Source: Spironucleus salmonicida (taxonomy: Eukaryota). From it: a DNA stretch of 64,000 bases. Of the stretch, positions 1 through 12,393 are shown one piece after another. The notes beneath the pieces are model-generated. The model was not told where the DNA came from, ran no database searches, and worked only from the letters and a program-made list of their open reading frames with translations. Location: positions 434,001-498,000 of the forward strand of contig NC_090602.1 of NCBI RefSeq assembly GCF_000497125.1. The letters run 5' to 3'. Each line of letters begins with the position of its first letter. The first letter of the stretch is position 1. Both the position numbers and the translations under genes were made by a program.

Positions 1-67
1 TCTACGTCCCAAATTTTTTTATATTTTGACATATAAAAGAAATGGTCAAATGAAATTATATTATCTA

Positions 68-1708
68 TCATATAATATGGATTAATACTTCTTCTTTAGT
101 TTTTGGTGGAAAATTTAATTTATAGTCGATAAGAAGCTGTGGTAAATCTTCGTTATTTAAATTGTAAAAGTCATTAATGAATGTTTTATATAATATAAGA
201 TATTTTGTTTTAAGGTAAACATTTATTGAAGACTCAAATTTTAGTTTTATAAGTTGCTGATTTATATAATATTTACAAAAACTTACTTAAGTAGACTACG
301 ATAGTTTTTTGTCAGGAATGTAGTTAAAAATTCCTTGAAATAGTAACACAGTTGACTGTAATATTTAAAATTATTCCCTTAATTACGTCTATTTTCTAAA
401 ATCAAAGATATCGAAATCTTCTTGTTACATATGAAGAATTTATTACTCATTGTTTTATTAGTATAAATAAGGTATTATTAAAATATTATTTCTAATTCCG
501 TTAAACTTCATAAGATAAAGGTACTAGCTTTGAAAGTTGAAACAGTTTGTTTATTAAAAAATGAATTATTATTTATACAAAATTAATTGGAACAATATCG
601 GAGGTGCGATATCAATTGATAAATTTAAGTATTGAAATGCATTTTATAGCTATAGTTGATCTGAATTTTAGGCTTTTTTGCTTGTAAATTGTTTTTAGTA
701 AATATTTTAGAATAAAATATTAAAAATCTAATGAAATTTGTTTACTTATTACTCTGAAACAAAGTTTCCAATTTCATATAATAATTCTTATAATTTAAAA
801 TCTACATAAACAAGTATTCCATGTGGATTTACGAAAAAAGTACGTTGATTAATATAACATGGTACTTGTTTTAATACAATTGTTTCCCCAAAAAATAAAT
901 GAAAAACTGACTTTTCTAATACTATTTTGTCTATTGAATAATATTTATTTAAGATGTTCATTGGTATATTATAAATAATAATATCAAATGAATAACTTAA
1001 TTATTGATGTACATCTTAAATATCTTGTAGTAATTTGAAAGAACCTTTTTCTTATAACAATTTTTAGGAAATAATTATTGAATCACGCTTATTTGCTAAT
1101 TCAGTATTTAATATATATCGGTTATCATCTATTTATAAGAGGTATGTTCTATCAGGATATAATTATAAGCAGTTAAAGGATGATACCTAAAACAAACAAC
1201 TACTTGATAAAATAATCTTACTATTATTAATTTCATAAATATTAATTTATTTAATTTTATATTGTATCATTTATGTTTATAGTTGATACTATAATGTAGG
1301 AGATATGATAGAAGCTTTAGACTCAACTTTATTAAATTGTTATCTTAATAAATTTATCTCAGTATTAATCAAATGACCATAAGCAAAATCGTAAAACTGC
1401 TATAAAGAATAAAATTTAATTTATTTAGCTTTTATTAATTGATTCTAATACTAAATATCGGTAAAGAGCAACTTTAACTGTTTCATAAATGACAATAAAT
1501 CCAGTTTCGATTAAAATTATAAAATAAAGTCCTAATTTTTATATTACCCTATGAATAATAATTTACTAAGTAAATAATTTAAGTTAAAATATAATTATAA
1601 CCCTACAACTTCTTTTTATATTTGATTTATTTTTATTAATAAGGATTTTGTATTAAAAATAACATAACACTAAATATTTTTAAGATTATTGATAAACATA
1701 CATTTCAT
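68..1708 (-). CDS. hypothetical protein (~546 aa), possibly the 3' part of a frameshifted gene with 1746-2459
   Basis: No in-frame TGA from ATG 1708 to TGA at 68-70; no recognisable domain. Confidence 0.45.
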
Positions 1709-1745
1709 AAATAAAATATCCTAATAAATATACCATATAATATAA

Positions 1746-2459
1746 TCATTCAGAATTTTATTAATATAATAACTGCTTACTTTGTTCTAATACCGACTAA
1801 AACTCCGATAAACATTCTTATCTATGTACTAAATCTTTATTAATATTAATTAAAAAGTTATCATCTGCGTTATAAGGCTCATACATTTTGTAATATTTGT
1901 ACTTAATGGTCACCGTGGCTATAATAATCGCCAAAATAATAAGCGATGGTAATGTAAATTGTTAGTTTGTAAATACTATGTATTAATTACCTTAATATAA
2001 TAATAAACCATCGTTTCGTTATATTGTAATGTGCTGTTACTTTTTTATTTATTATAAAAGTTTTTAATTATTTATTAATGAATCTATATCAAAAACTTAA
2101 TTTTAAACCATAAGTTTACAAGTATTTTTGCACTATTTTTAATAGGCACTATCTAAATGTAAGGTTTTTAATTTTTTAATAAAAATTGGGTTAGATATAA
2201 GATGAAATTTATAATAAAAACTTTAGCTATTTACAATTATACTATAGGATTATCTTACTAAATATTTTACCTAAGGTAGATTTGTAATATCACATTCAAT
2301 TATTCCTAGAGTATTCCTTTCACATATAAATTAAACCTTACCTATACTTATAATGTATTACTATTCTTAATCATCATATAGATTTTATATGTATAACTTA
2401 TACCCTATCTCAGTAATTTATAACTTGCTACTTGACAATTTGTCAATAAAGATTGCCAT
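1746..2459 (-). CDS. hypothetical protein (237 aa)
   Basis: ATG GCA ATC TTT... open to TGA at 1746-1748 with TAA/TAG=Gln. Confidence 0.45.
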
Positions 2460-2540
2460 ATAGTTAATAAAAAAATAAGTTATCATTTTAAAAAATTATA
2501 TTATATTATATTTTATATATACTGTATATAAAATAAAATC

Positions 2541-5033
2541 TCAATCCCTTGTCCTTCTTACTAATTCATATAATCTTCTTGCCTCACCAATTCTGGTTCT
2601 GAGTTCATCAAATCTAAAGTTAGCCTATTTTAAATAGGTACTCGGATAAACTAGTAGTTCTCTTCTGTTACTTAGTATGCTAACTGTTTTATGAGCAATA
2701 ATAATCTTAATGTGATCTGGATAATTAACTTAGAAAACTTTAGAATTATATAAAATACAAAGTGTTCCGCTTTATTCGTTTAAGTGATATCTTTTGATAT
2801 AAAGCTAAGGGAATGTCAAAAGGTTGACAACTTTGCCTACCAGTATCTCTGACATCTATTTAACTGTAAATGGATTTGTCTTAACATTACAAACTTTTTA
2901 AACATTTGAAACATAATCTGTTACAATTTTTTAAACAGCATCCTTTTATGTAGTACATGTCATCATCTTGATAGCGTAAGGAAGGTTAGGTAAATTAAGT
3001 TATAAAGGTTCATCAGTTAAATATTCATTAATATATTACTGCCTCTTTTTGTATCCATCGTTTATTTGATCAGGTGTAACATTTTTACCATAAACTCGGC
3101 TAGATTCATCATAAAAGTAATCGAAATATTTACTTATGAAATAATCGCTAGTTTCACGCTTCTCTGAAACAATAGGCTAAATACTTCTGTTTTCTAAATA
3201 TTCCTTGAAATACATAATAAGTTTATATTTCTTCTCAGATATAAACTCTTTAGCATGTTAAAATTTAATTCTTAATATAACTTACTATCTATCATTAGTA
3301 AGCTGCATTTCCTCTTTATTTTAAATTTGTACAGCATTCCTTTGATAGTTTTCAAAATTAAAAACATCAATATAATCTATATACTTGAGGTTTCCACTTA
3401 ATACAATAATTGACATATCATTAAACAAAACTCCCACACATCCATTACTTAATTAATAAGCAAAGCCATATCTATTAGAGAAATCTATCCAACTAAGGGT
3501 GAAGGTGTGGTTGTGAATTTAAAATGCGTCCCTGCATTAATTAAAGCTGGGAGATGCTGACATACATTTAAGCCACAAATCATATTCATTAAATACAATA
3601 GACTATATATCTGTAGGATAATTGTTTCTAAATTCTACTAATTTGTTCATATTTAACTCATCTGGCAACAAGTCTAGATATTACATAACTGGAGGAAATT
3701 CAATGGGATTTGGAAGCTTTATTGTAAAGCTAAGCAAGAAAAATGATGTAAATTTTTTGATTAATAAATCTTCGATATTGATACCTTTATTCATATTTTC
3801 TACAGTTTCTACTCGAGTCTCTTTGTTTGTAATTTCTTGTGTGACTTATTATTATTATGGTTTTTAATACACAATTTTTCCTTCTTTTAATTATTAAATT
3901 CGTACTGGAATTGGTTCCTCATATTAACAGAATTTAAGCATTTCTCTAGTATTCCAACGCTCAGCATTGAAATCAGCATCTCTACATTATAAAGGATATG
4001 CTTTAAGTTTTACTGCAGCTCCATCTTATAACCACTCATGTTACATAGCTTATTCAATAGTCATACGCTCATTTGGATCTGTAACAAGTAATTTACTAAT
4101 AAAATCAATCGCAAAATTTGAAACATTCGGATTAATTTTACTGTTAACTTAATATTCCCCTCTTACTATTTTTCTGTATGTATTTTAAATATTATTACTT
4201 TCAAAAGGGGGTCTTAAATATAATAAGGAATAAACTATACAGCCTAGTGACCACATATCTGAGGGATATGAATGGCCACTCTCAATAGCATTATAATCAG
4301 GCTTGCCTACATTACCTTATAACTTATAAACCAATTATTTACAAATTTCTTAGCATTCCGCATCAATATTCATATCACATTCTCTATTTATCTTAAGTCT
4401 TCTAAAAACATGAGAAACAATAGTTTCTGGCGGCAAAAAGTTTGGTGTTCCACAAAGTGTATAATGCATTTCATCATCAGCTTCTAACTAAACTGAAAGA
4501 CCAAAATCACCTATTTTGCATTATAAACATTAAGGTGGACGTTCTGCTCCTGGATCAATTTCTGGACATGGCAATATAGATAAAAATACATTTGATGATT
4601 TCATATCACGATGAATGATTTTATGTTGTTTCATATACTAATATGCTTGGCAAATTTCGTAGGTAATTCGCTAGACTTCTTCTTCTGTAAGGCCCTTTTA
4701 TCTTCTTCTAACTATATCAGATAATGTTCCACCATTACATAACTCCATAAGCATATAGTAATTTAAAGTATCTTTAAAAACATTATTAACACGTGCTATG
4801 TAGGGATGTATTAATTGTCTATGTATTTTAATTTCAGATGTAAATTTTTCAAAGAACTTCTTCTTTGTCAGTCTTGATTTCTAAGTTAGTTTACATGCAA
4901 AATTTTCCTACGAATACATATCAGTCACATGATACACTACAGCAAAACCACCTTTTCCCAGAACGTTATTTGTTTTGTAGTTCTTTCTATGGAATGCATC
5001 TTGTATAATCGCTGGAGCGCCTTGTAAGGACAT
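2541..5033 (-). CDS. PLK: polo-like serine/threonine kinase (830 aa)
   Basis: LGKGGFAVVY, FACK, IIHRDMKSSN, KIGDFGLS, TLCGTPNF, GHSYPSDMWSLGC; polo-box 1 motif [25 protein letters not shown] near 3420-3495. Confidence 0.95.
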
Positions 5034-5040
5034 TAATTTT

Positions 5041-5061
5041 GGAGTGGTAAAATCGGAGTGG
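5041..5061 (-). promoter_or_regulatory. tandem CCACTCC C-rich motifs just upstream of the PLK start
   Basis: GGAGTGG at 5041-5047 and 5055-5061; the same heptamer precedes other ATGs (37875-37881, 54623-54629). Confidence 0.6.
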
Positions 5062-5365
5062 AATAATATATTATTATATAATATATATATTTAAGCATGA
5101 GAAAGATTATTCGTCTTTTTCATAAATATTTGGTAGTATATTTATTAATATATAGTATATACTCATTCAATTTTTAGAAATCTAAAATAACCAATACTTA
5201 TCAAACAATTATACTTTTTATTCTTAAAAATTATAAAATTTGTATATAGTCTCTATTAAGCCAGCATTAACGGTTATTTGAGACTATTCTCTTTAAGACA
5301 TGTAATTCACCTCATGTTGTATTTATTATATATAACATGTAATATTATTAATTACCCATTCCTTA

Positions 5366-5764
5366 ATGGCTTTTTCACGAATTGTCCGGGATTTAGAATA
5401 CCAAGAAGTTCCAGAAGTATTGGAATTGAACTAATATTTTTGCGTTAATATTCATCCAGTTGGTAATCTTCTTTTTCAAGTAAAGCCACTCTCAATAACT
5501 GAAACTTTTACAAATAATTTAACAGCTTAACTTCCAGCAAAATTTGACAAGAAGATTCTATTTGGGCGAGGAGATCTCTGTATTTGTACTTTCAACGACG
5601 GAGTAAGTTCTGATGAAATAGGCCGTATTGACATGCTTTTAACAAAAGAGAATTTGAAAGAATTAGTCAAAGATGGTAGAATTGCCCCTTCCGAAATTAA
5701 AGAAGAAGCTATATATAATAATTATATATTAGAAGATGTATAAAGTTCAGAAAGCTACTACTGA
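5366..5764 (+). CDS. eIF1A-domain (S1/OB-fold) protein, eIF1AD-like (132 aa)
   Basis: GNLLFQV...AQLPAKFDKKILFGRGDLCI...IDMLLTKENLKELVKDG resembles the eIF1AD pattern; acidic tail. Confidence 0.7.
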
Positions 5765-5785
5765 AGTGAATTTATAAATTTCAGC

Positions 5786-6037
5786 TCACATATCAACATC
5801 AAAACTTTCATTGTTAGCTTCATCATCTTATTCATCTGTATCATCGCAACAAATTGCCTGAGATGAAGCAGGACCACTTGGCATAACATCTGCAGCTGCC
5901 ATCAATTTCAATGATCTAATTTAGTCAGTTAGCTGCTTTTGCATATCCATAAGTTTCATAAAATCTCCTTTGCCTGAATCTATAGAACGCTTAACTTTAG
6001 CGAGCTCGGTCTCTAATTTTTCAATATCCTAACTCAT
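5786..6037 (-). CDS. small hypothetical protein (83 aa), coiled-coil plus acidic tail
   Basis: MSQDIEKLETELAKVKRS...DDTDEQDDEANNESFDVDM-TGA. Confidence 0.7.
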
Positions 6038-6105
6038 ATTGATTTAGAAAAGGAAAATTTGTTTACAATAAAAATATACAATTATTATTAATTTATTTTT
6101 TAATC

Positions 6106-6492
6106 TCATTATTATTAAGAAATATTCTTATTATCAGATTTTTATATAATCAATTCGCCCGTATTTAAAAGAACCCATTCTATGAGAACTTATACATTCC
6201 AAGGGCCCAAATAAATTGCTTTTCTAAATCCATCTTCATAAAATATTAGCTAAGGGATCTAATTCACATTTTATGATATGCATATGTTGTTATTTTTACT
6301 ACAGGATGCGAGTCCTAGTAGGATATCGTCCCTTTTATCAAAATATAATTGCACATCTCTAAATATAAGTCCTGGATTATCACAATAAGAACAGTCATGT
6401 TCCATATAAAGCACTACAGTATAGTGCGTTAGATTAATGTATTAATCAAATTAATCACTAAAATCTGTTGTCAAACTAAATAAAATTAACAT
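6106..6492 (-). CDS. single-domain thioredoxin/PDI-like protein (128 aa)
   Basis: Hydrophobic N-terminus, VVLYMEHDCSYC (CxxC), LASCSKNNNICISQNVNQIPQLIFY (cis-Pro loop), YLGPWNVQVLIEWV. Confidence 0.7.
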
Positions 6493-6529
6493 TTCATTTC
6501 ATATATTATAAATAGTATAATAATAATAA

Positions 6530-6874
6530 TCACCAACTAAGCATGTTAACATTAATTTTCGACTTATTTTTAAGTCTATTTTTATTTATTTTTATACAAA
6601 TACAGTCTGTTATCTCCCAACTAAATGATATAGATATTAATAGCGTGCCTATAAGTAGTAGAACCCAGTCAATACAATTTAAAATTTCTTTTATCCTAAT
6701 TATCTCTAAGTCACAATTTTTTATTCCTAATAATTCACATGGAAAATTTAAGTAATGAGATAACCCAAATATGAGCATGATTATTATTCCAATAATAAGT
6801 ATAGAAATGTGCATTTAATAGTGATATCGTTCGTAAAAATGTATAATTACTTAATTCTATGTTTACAATATCAT
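6530..6874 (-). CDS. small protein with two predicted TM segments (start could be 6814)
   Basis: ISILIIGIIIMLIFGL and WVLLLIGTLLISISF; TGA at 6530. Confidence 0.5.
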
Positions 6875-7121
6875 ATTACCATTATAATATAAAATAGTTA
6901 TTATTATGATTATTTGTTGTATTTCTTTGAAATAATATACACAAAATAATACCATTCTAAGGCACCTGTAGACCCAATATAAATATAATAATAAATTTGT
7001 AATTATATAACATACAGATTCTTTCCTAAATTGATTCAACTTTTTTCCAATACAAAGTTATACAGCAAAATCACATTCTACGATCTTATGAGAAACTTTA
7101 AAAATAACCGTTCCGCTTAAA

Positions 7122-7613
7122 ATGTCACTTTCAGCTATAACCTAAAAAATAACAGTATTTTTATAGTAGCGAGATTATGTGTCCTTCTCAAACAAAGAAC
7201 TAGGTTATAGGTTGGGTATTACAACTACACGTATCTCTGATGTTCTTAACGTGCTAGCATCCGTACTGATTCTCAACCGCAAAAATCGCAATTTTATATG
7301 GAAAAGGTGTGATATTATTCATTAGTTCTAGGCATTCTACGCATCCCTAGACTCTGAAGGTAGAAATACGTCTATTTTTGAACATACGAAAACGGTTGTC
7401 TTCAAACTTAAATCTGGACACGAACTAGATAAAGACAGGCGTACGTATGATGTATTAGCTGTGCTACGCGCACTAGGCGTGATAAATAAAAATCGAAATT
7501 GGTCACTCAACGGTGAACCAGTAAATACATCGCATTTAAGTTTATTACCTACATATGAAGTGGATACAGGACTTGTTTACTAGTTTAGCTTTGGTTATGA
7601 ATTTGATCTCTGA
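7122..7613 (+). CDS. miniature E2F/DP-type double winged-helix protein, paralogue A copy 1 (163 aa)
   Basis: LGITTTRISDVLNVLASVLILNRKNRNFIWK and RRTYDVLAVLRALGVINKNRNW resemble the E2F RRxYDxxNVL...W signature. Confidence 0.8.
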
Positions 7614-8820
7614 GTTTTAATAATTATTTATATCTTGTATCATTAGTAATTTACTTTTCCAACTGACTTGTTCACTTATAATTAAGCTAATATTATAATT
7701 AATATTAGTTTAAGACAAGTCATAATATAAATATTCTTAATAGCCTACCTTCGGTTAAGGATACAGGTTTATCTATTTTGCTACAGAGCAATAAGTTCTA
7801 ACCACAAATTTTAGGGTAGCGAATAAATACTTTTACTTTATACAGTTCAATAAAGTACGCAGTAACAATGAAGAAACATCTGGCAATTTCCTTGCCTGGG
7901 AATTGGGCTAATCTGCAGCCTATATGCACCAAGATAATATTCCTCCTAGTGGCCTGTCTTGCTGTACCGTGGCGAGGCTGCCTAGTTGTCCATCGAGCGC
8001 ACTGTTGCGCTGCCTGTCATTATTTCAGGAGAAGCAGGCCATCCGGTAAACAAATCTGTCCAAGGCAGGAAAAATTACAAAAGTGCTATACTCTATAGGA
8101 TATTCACAAAAGATATCCAAAACCGCTAAGTTCAGTTTTTGCGATGGCCAGCAATATATGGAATTAATAATACTACCAACCAAAGGAATTCCTTTCTACT
8201 TGGGGTTATATCTATATTATGGATATATAAACTTATATAGCATAACTAGCGATCCGTACACTACCATTATTATATACCGATATGACCCTACGCGCCCCAC
8301 TTAGATTTAAATTATCCCTTTCAACATGACACTGAGCGCCACCACCGCCAACATTCTGAGCTTCCTCAACCAGCGTGAAAACCTCGAGTTCGCCAACAAG
8401 GACATCATAACCTAACTCAACACCACCTCGCATCGCATGTCGGACGTCCTCAACGTCTTTAGCGCCATCGGCATCATCGACAGGCACACTCGGACCTACT
8501 CCTGGAAGCGATGCGATGTTCTGCTGCGGTTCTCCGAGTTCGTTCAGAAAGTCGACTCGCCTGGCTGCAGCATGGGTATCTTAGAGCATACCCGGACCGT
8601 CGTCTTCCTACTCAAGACCGGCCAACCTATCGACAAGGTTCGACGCACCTACGACGTTCTCTCTGTACTGAGCGCTATTGGCCTGGTCGTAAAGAAGAGT
8701 AAGGCGTGGTCCCTCGTTCAGCTGTCGTACATCTAGATCCAGCAGACATTCCCCGTGACACCTCTCTCAGAGTACGACACCGGGATCCTGGACCTACCCT
8801 GCATTAGCTTCAGCTTTGAT
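7218..8820. repeat. left arm of 1603-bp inverted repeat (partner 32282-33884)
   Basis: Position p maps to 41102-p; ORF-track translations identical; no mismatch in the segments compared. Confidence 0.97.
7885..8076 (+). ncRNA. candidate structured non-coding RNA between the E2F-like paralogues
   Basis: GC-rich island with nested stems 7888-7901/8059-8071, 7950-7964/8026-8041, 7969-7978/8012-8020 and hairpin 7996-8011; G.U pairs favour the + strand. Confidence 0.45.
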
Positions 8821-8826
8821 GAGTGA
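8326..8826 (+). CDS. miniature E2F/DP-type double winged-helix protein, paralogue B copy 1 (166 aa)
   Basis: HRMSDVLNVFSAIGIIDRHTRTYSWK and RRTYDVLSVLSAIGLVVKKSKAW; collinear with paralogue A; ends in AGTGA. Confidence 0.8.
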
Positions 8827-9215
8827 TTTTTCATTATAAACATGACTTCATTGGTCTTATTTAAGTTTATAAGGTCCAGATAACGCAGAAGTCAAGCTAC
8901 TAAAATCTTAATATTAAAATTTATCACTAAATAATACTATTAATATTATTTTGTTAATCTTGAGAAAGGTATTCGATATTAAGGATGTCTAGTAAATTTT
9001 GCTATAATTATTAATTCAACAATTTAAAATCAATAAATACCCCTTTTTTGAGACAATTAACCACTACATCAGTTTATCTATCTATATTAGTGATGTAATC
9101 TACTGCACCAATAGCAAAACACTATTTAATATAATAATTCATTATAAAAGAGTATTGGTGATGAATTTTTATATATTATTTTAATTGTACATTTTCCCTT
9201 TCAGTTTTCAAAATT

Positions 9216-10598
9216 ATGCAGTTGAACCAAACTTTAGAAACATCCACGTTTGAATTACCAGAACATCTTATTCTTAACCCATAGACAGTGCTAATTAAAT
9301 CTTATCAAAATGAAGATCTGATGAATGAAATTATCAAACCTACCTTCCATTTGTAGCCATAATAACCCTTGCCATATATAGATCCTTCACCTACCTCTAA
9401 ACTTACATTAGGTTTAGAAAATATAATTTCATCTATAACACCACCTCTTCCTTATCTTATTTCTTCAATTGGCTCAATTTATGTATTTGCACAAACAAAT
9501 TCTCCGACACTCTAAATTCACGTAAATTCTGAGGAGAAAATACAACCTTTTAAAATACACTTAAGTAATTATATTTCTCTTTTCCATAATTAAGGAATTT
9601 AAGCTTTAACGTTCCTTTCCTCTTCTATTTTAGCCGTTACTTCTTATAATACAATAATAGTTTACGGAATTTTGCTTAACAACAATAAAATTCAAATTAA
9701 TTTCACATTTTAACTTTAAAACAACAAATTCACAAAATTAACAAAATAGCCAGCTCAAATTCAAAAGAAGTCAAATTTTTCATTCATTTTTTCTGCTCCT
9801 TCAGATCCACTAAATCTAATTTGCGGGTCTCATGATGGCAAATTTCTTTTTGTTGGTAGCCGAAAATCCTAATTTGTTAGTTTATTTTCTCTCCTATAGT
9901 TTGTAAAAATTCGTGAATTCCGCCTTAAATCAGCACCATTTTCTCTGGATTGCAACCAAAACGGCACTCTAATTGCAGCAGGTTTGAAGAACTAAATCCA
10001 AATTATCGACGTTATTTCCGGTCGAATCAGCACTATTTAGAACGTTAAATAAGCCGTTTGTTGTTTCTACAAAGCTACATTATTCAAACAGGAAAACGTA
10101 ACAATTCCACCAGTTTAAGAACTCAGCTTTGAGAATTTGTAGCAAAATGATGTCTTGGTTAATAAGTATCAGAGCATTGTGTACCAGACAATGCTCAGCA
10201 TGTAATAACAGACGAACCATAGGTCACTGGACTACCAATCACCAGAATTTGAATTTATAGCGTTTTCACAAGTAAATGATGTTAGTTTGTTCGTGTATAG
10301 TATTTAAAGATAATAATTGAGCGTTTAGGCGAGTCCGTGCTTAGCTTTCGACTTTTCGAGATAATAAGGGTTTTCTGTCGGGGGTAGAATAAGTTAAATA
10401 TCGTGGTGTGATGGCGTATTAGGGGCTGTTTGTGATGGGAATTGCATTATTGCAGCTACCAGAGAGAGTGGAGACGGTGTTAGCGGTATAGTCAGTAGTG
10501 TTGTAGTCGAATGTGGAGACCAGTGTAGTATTTGCGTTGGAAGAAGCATTGTGGTAGGTGGAAATAAGGGAGTTTACTGCTTTGATATTGTAGAGTGA
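9216..10598 (+). CDS. WD40/beta-propeller-like protein (460 aa)
   Basis: ICGSHDGKFLFVGS, SLDCNQNGTLIAAGLKNQIQIIDV, IVVGGNKGVYCFD; AGTGA stop. Confidence 0.7.
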
Positions 10599-11382
10599 TC
10601 AAGTGAAATTTGGTATTTTAAGAATCTTAGACGTAGTGCTTTTAATTTTCACTTTAATTCAAAATTTACTATATTATCATAGTTTGGCATCGAGGTTGTT
10701 ATCTCGAATAGGGTTTCCTCTGACGATACTTAATTTTGTTTGGGGTCTGCCGGTGTATATACCTATTAATTATAATATTTCGGTAAAGGTGGCAGTTATG
10801 CAAATCTGTAGGATTTGTTACGTGAAACTTGCATATGTATCGATGCACGCAGTAAACGGGTCGTGAGTTTCATTTTTAACAGAAACAAAACTTATTTAAT
10901 GATTTATAGTTTATGATGTATTCAAAGGCGAACATTTAGTTTGATCAATAGATAATTCTTCAAATATTTAAATAATCTTAAATTTTTTAAGAAATTATAT
11001 ACAACAGTGAAAAAATAATCACAATGATTTATTCTATTTTTCGTACATATTATATCAAAAATTTGCTATTAAAATTACACTGTTAAAACTATAAAAATAA
11101 AGAAGAAATATAAGTATAAATCATTACTTCTTAATATATAAAATCAATTTTAAATGTTCATGTAAGATAAAGTCTGACCAGAAAAGCATTAAGTAAAGAA
11201 ATATCAATGTTATAATAAATAATATACATATTTCTATTGTAAACAAAAATATTAGATATTTGTTATATTTATATTATTGATTGTGTGAATCTAAGGTAAT
11301 ATAGAAAATTAATAGAAACAGTTTTTAATAATTCTTTAAAAACTATACATTATCATATTGAATCCAGTATATAATTCATAAA

Positions 11383-12393
11383 ATGTATGGTATTTTAACA
11401 CAATCATCACCAGTCTAAAGCTAGTCTCTCAAGAATTCCAAAAAGTTACTGAGCCCTAATCAGAAGCATTATGATAACAAATTCGATTAAATGGTTGACA
11501 AAGAAGTCCAAAAAATACTTAATTTCAACCCTTCATATTTTAAAGCTGAAGAAGTGCAAAGTCAAGAAAGTATATAAACTTCGAAACCATAAATTACTTA
11601 AAAACTATTTAAATCTGATTTAATTTCTAATCAAATATTTGAAAAATAAAGGAAGAAACCTGAATAATCACAGCCACCATGGTCAAACCCATCATCTTAA
11701 TTTGTATTCCCATTTACTTTTTTAAACGATGCCATAATCATCTATAGAATTCAAGCATTACATTAATAACCAACAATTCTATTAGAAAAATCAATAAATA
11801 TTACTCCAGTTCCGTTTAATTTAGTTATAGAAGATCTAGTTTTATATAAAAATAAAGATAAAACTAAGCCTAAACTAACAAATCTAAATGCAAAACTGAT
11901 TTTTCCTTTCGAGTATATTGTAAACGATAATTTAACAACTAATATACAACCAGTTGTAGAAAATATCATCCCATTTCCATTTTAGGATATAATTATTGAC
12001 ATAGTAATTATTAAATATATAACATTAAAACTAGTAAAAACTTCTTCCAAGCTTTCATCAGAATTTCCACATCCCTTTACAGAACTTTTGCTTAGTTGTA
12101 CTATCTATAAAATTAATTTATATATTTCAAAATAGTAAGAATAAAATTCAAGTTTAATTTTTCCATTCAAATTCAAAATTGATGAAATTATTGCTTATAC
12201 TAACGATTAAGATTAACCTCTCAATCTTGAAATCAAAGAATTGAGAGTGAAAAAGAATCAAATTGAAGCAGAGTTGTCCCGAGCAAAAACGGAGAAAAAG
12301 AAAATGAAGCAATAACAATTAAGTATATAGCTAAGAAATATTACTGGGCTTTTGAATGCTAAAACAGCTCTAAAGGTAGAACTTTAAAAGTGA
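11383..12393 (+). CDS. hypothetical protein (336 aa) with repeated FPF-like motifs and a C-terminal coiled coil
   Basis: Open ATG-TGA frame, AGTGA stop. Confidence 0.7.

Noticed and set aside
7885-8076. Assignment to SRP RNA, RNase P/MRP, U2/U6 or a hammerhead ribozyme
   Set aside because: Required consensus motifs were not found in the right context on either strand
8290-8299. CGCGCC upstream of E2F-B as an autoregulatory E2F site
   Set aside because: Only the core matches, the TTT flank is missing, and a single short hit is not significant
7868-8304. 76-aa and 73-aa ORFs in the E2F spacer
   Set aside because: No protein-like features, and their track stops are TAR codons; the base-pairing pattern explains the GC island better
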